In this document: positions 63,737 to 64,000 of the stretch, piece by piece | Numbering within the stretch: the first letter of the stretch is position 1 | How the letters are laid out: the number at the start of each line of letters is the position of its first letter | Assembly: GCA_051362555.1 (NCBI GenBank) | Contig: CM120640.1 | Coordinates: 27,490,503-27,554,502 of the forward strand | Source of the DNA: Lingula anatina | Taxonomy: Eukaryota > Animalia > Brachiopoda | Length of the DNA stretch: 64,000 nucleotides | Direction of reading: 5' to 3' | Notes under the pieces: generated by a model | The model's database searches: none | Told to the model about the DNA's origin: nothing | The model's input: the letters and a program-made list of their open reading frames with translations, nothing else | Program-made: the position numbers and the translations under genes

Positions 63737-64000
63737 TCTTTTTCTGAGAGAAAATACTACGAAAAATTTGATTGTTAAGGCTGAACTGTTGCAATACTTA
63801 TTGTCAAGCTTTTGTTATTACTCTTAATTATAATTAATAGTGATGGAGTATCAGTTTGTTAAATGAACAGTCAATTATTTGATGATCTAATGCAATCAAT
63901 AGATGCTGATTTGTTACAGAATGTTAAACTCGTCCTGCATGCATGAATAAACTCAAGTTTGATATTACTCAGTCATGTTATTGTTTTTTTTCTTGGATTT

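Overview
AT-rich, intron-containing animal genomic DNA. The gene set and repeat types suggest a lophotrochozoan, probably a mollusc (inference). I reconstructed seven genes by hand from GT-AG boundaries and phase-consistent exons. (1) The 5' ~1220 codons of LTN1/listerin on the minus strand (21 exons), running off the left edge. (2) A single-exon-CDS TRIM gene (RING/B-box/coiled-coil/filamin/NHL-like) nested antisense in LTN1 intron 9. (3) NT5DC1 on the plus strand (12 exons), head-to-head with LTN1. (4) A 5-exon GNAT acetyltransferase on the minus strand. (5) Head-to-head with it, a 2-exon AP-4 beta-like adaptin that seems to lack the hinge and ear. (6, 7) A tandem pair of divergent paralogues encoding predicted type-I membrane proteins: signal peptide, an N-terminal domain I cannot name, collagen helix, EGF, PAN/apple, Cys-rich/EGF modules, TM helix and short tail. 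The introns are dense with non-autonomous DNA transposons: Harbinger-, hAT- and Tc1-like MITEs, a CMC/EnSpm-like element with palindromic arrays, and a Helentron-associated-like element carrying ~160-bp repeats. The best candidate for an undescribed system is the membrane-collagen pair. I found no rRNA, tRNA or CRISPR. Coordinates were counted by eye and may be off by a few bases.
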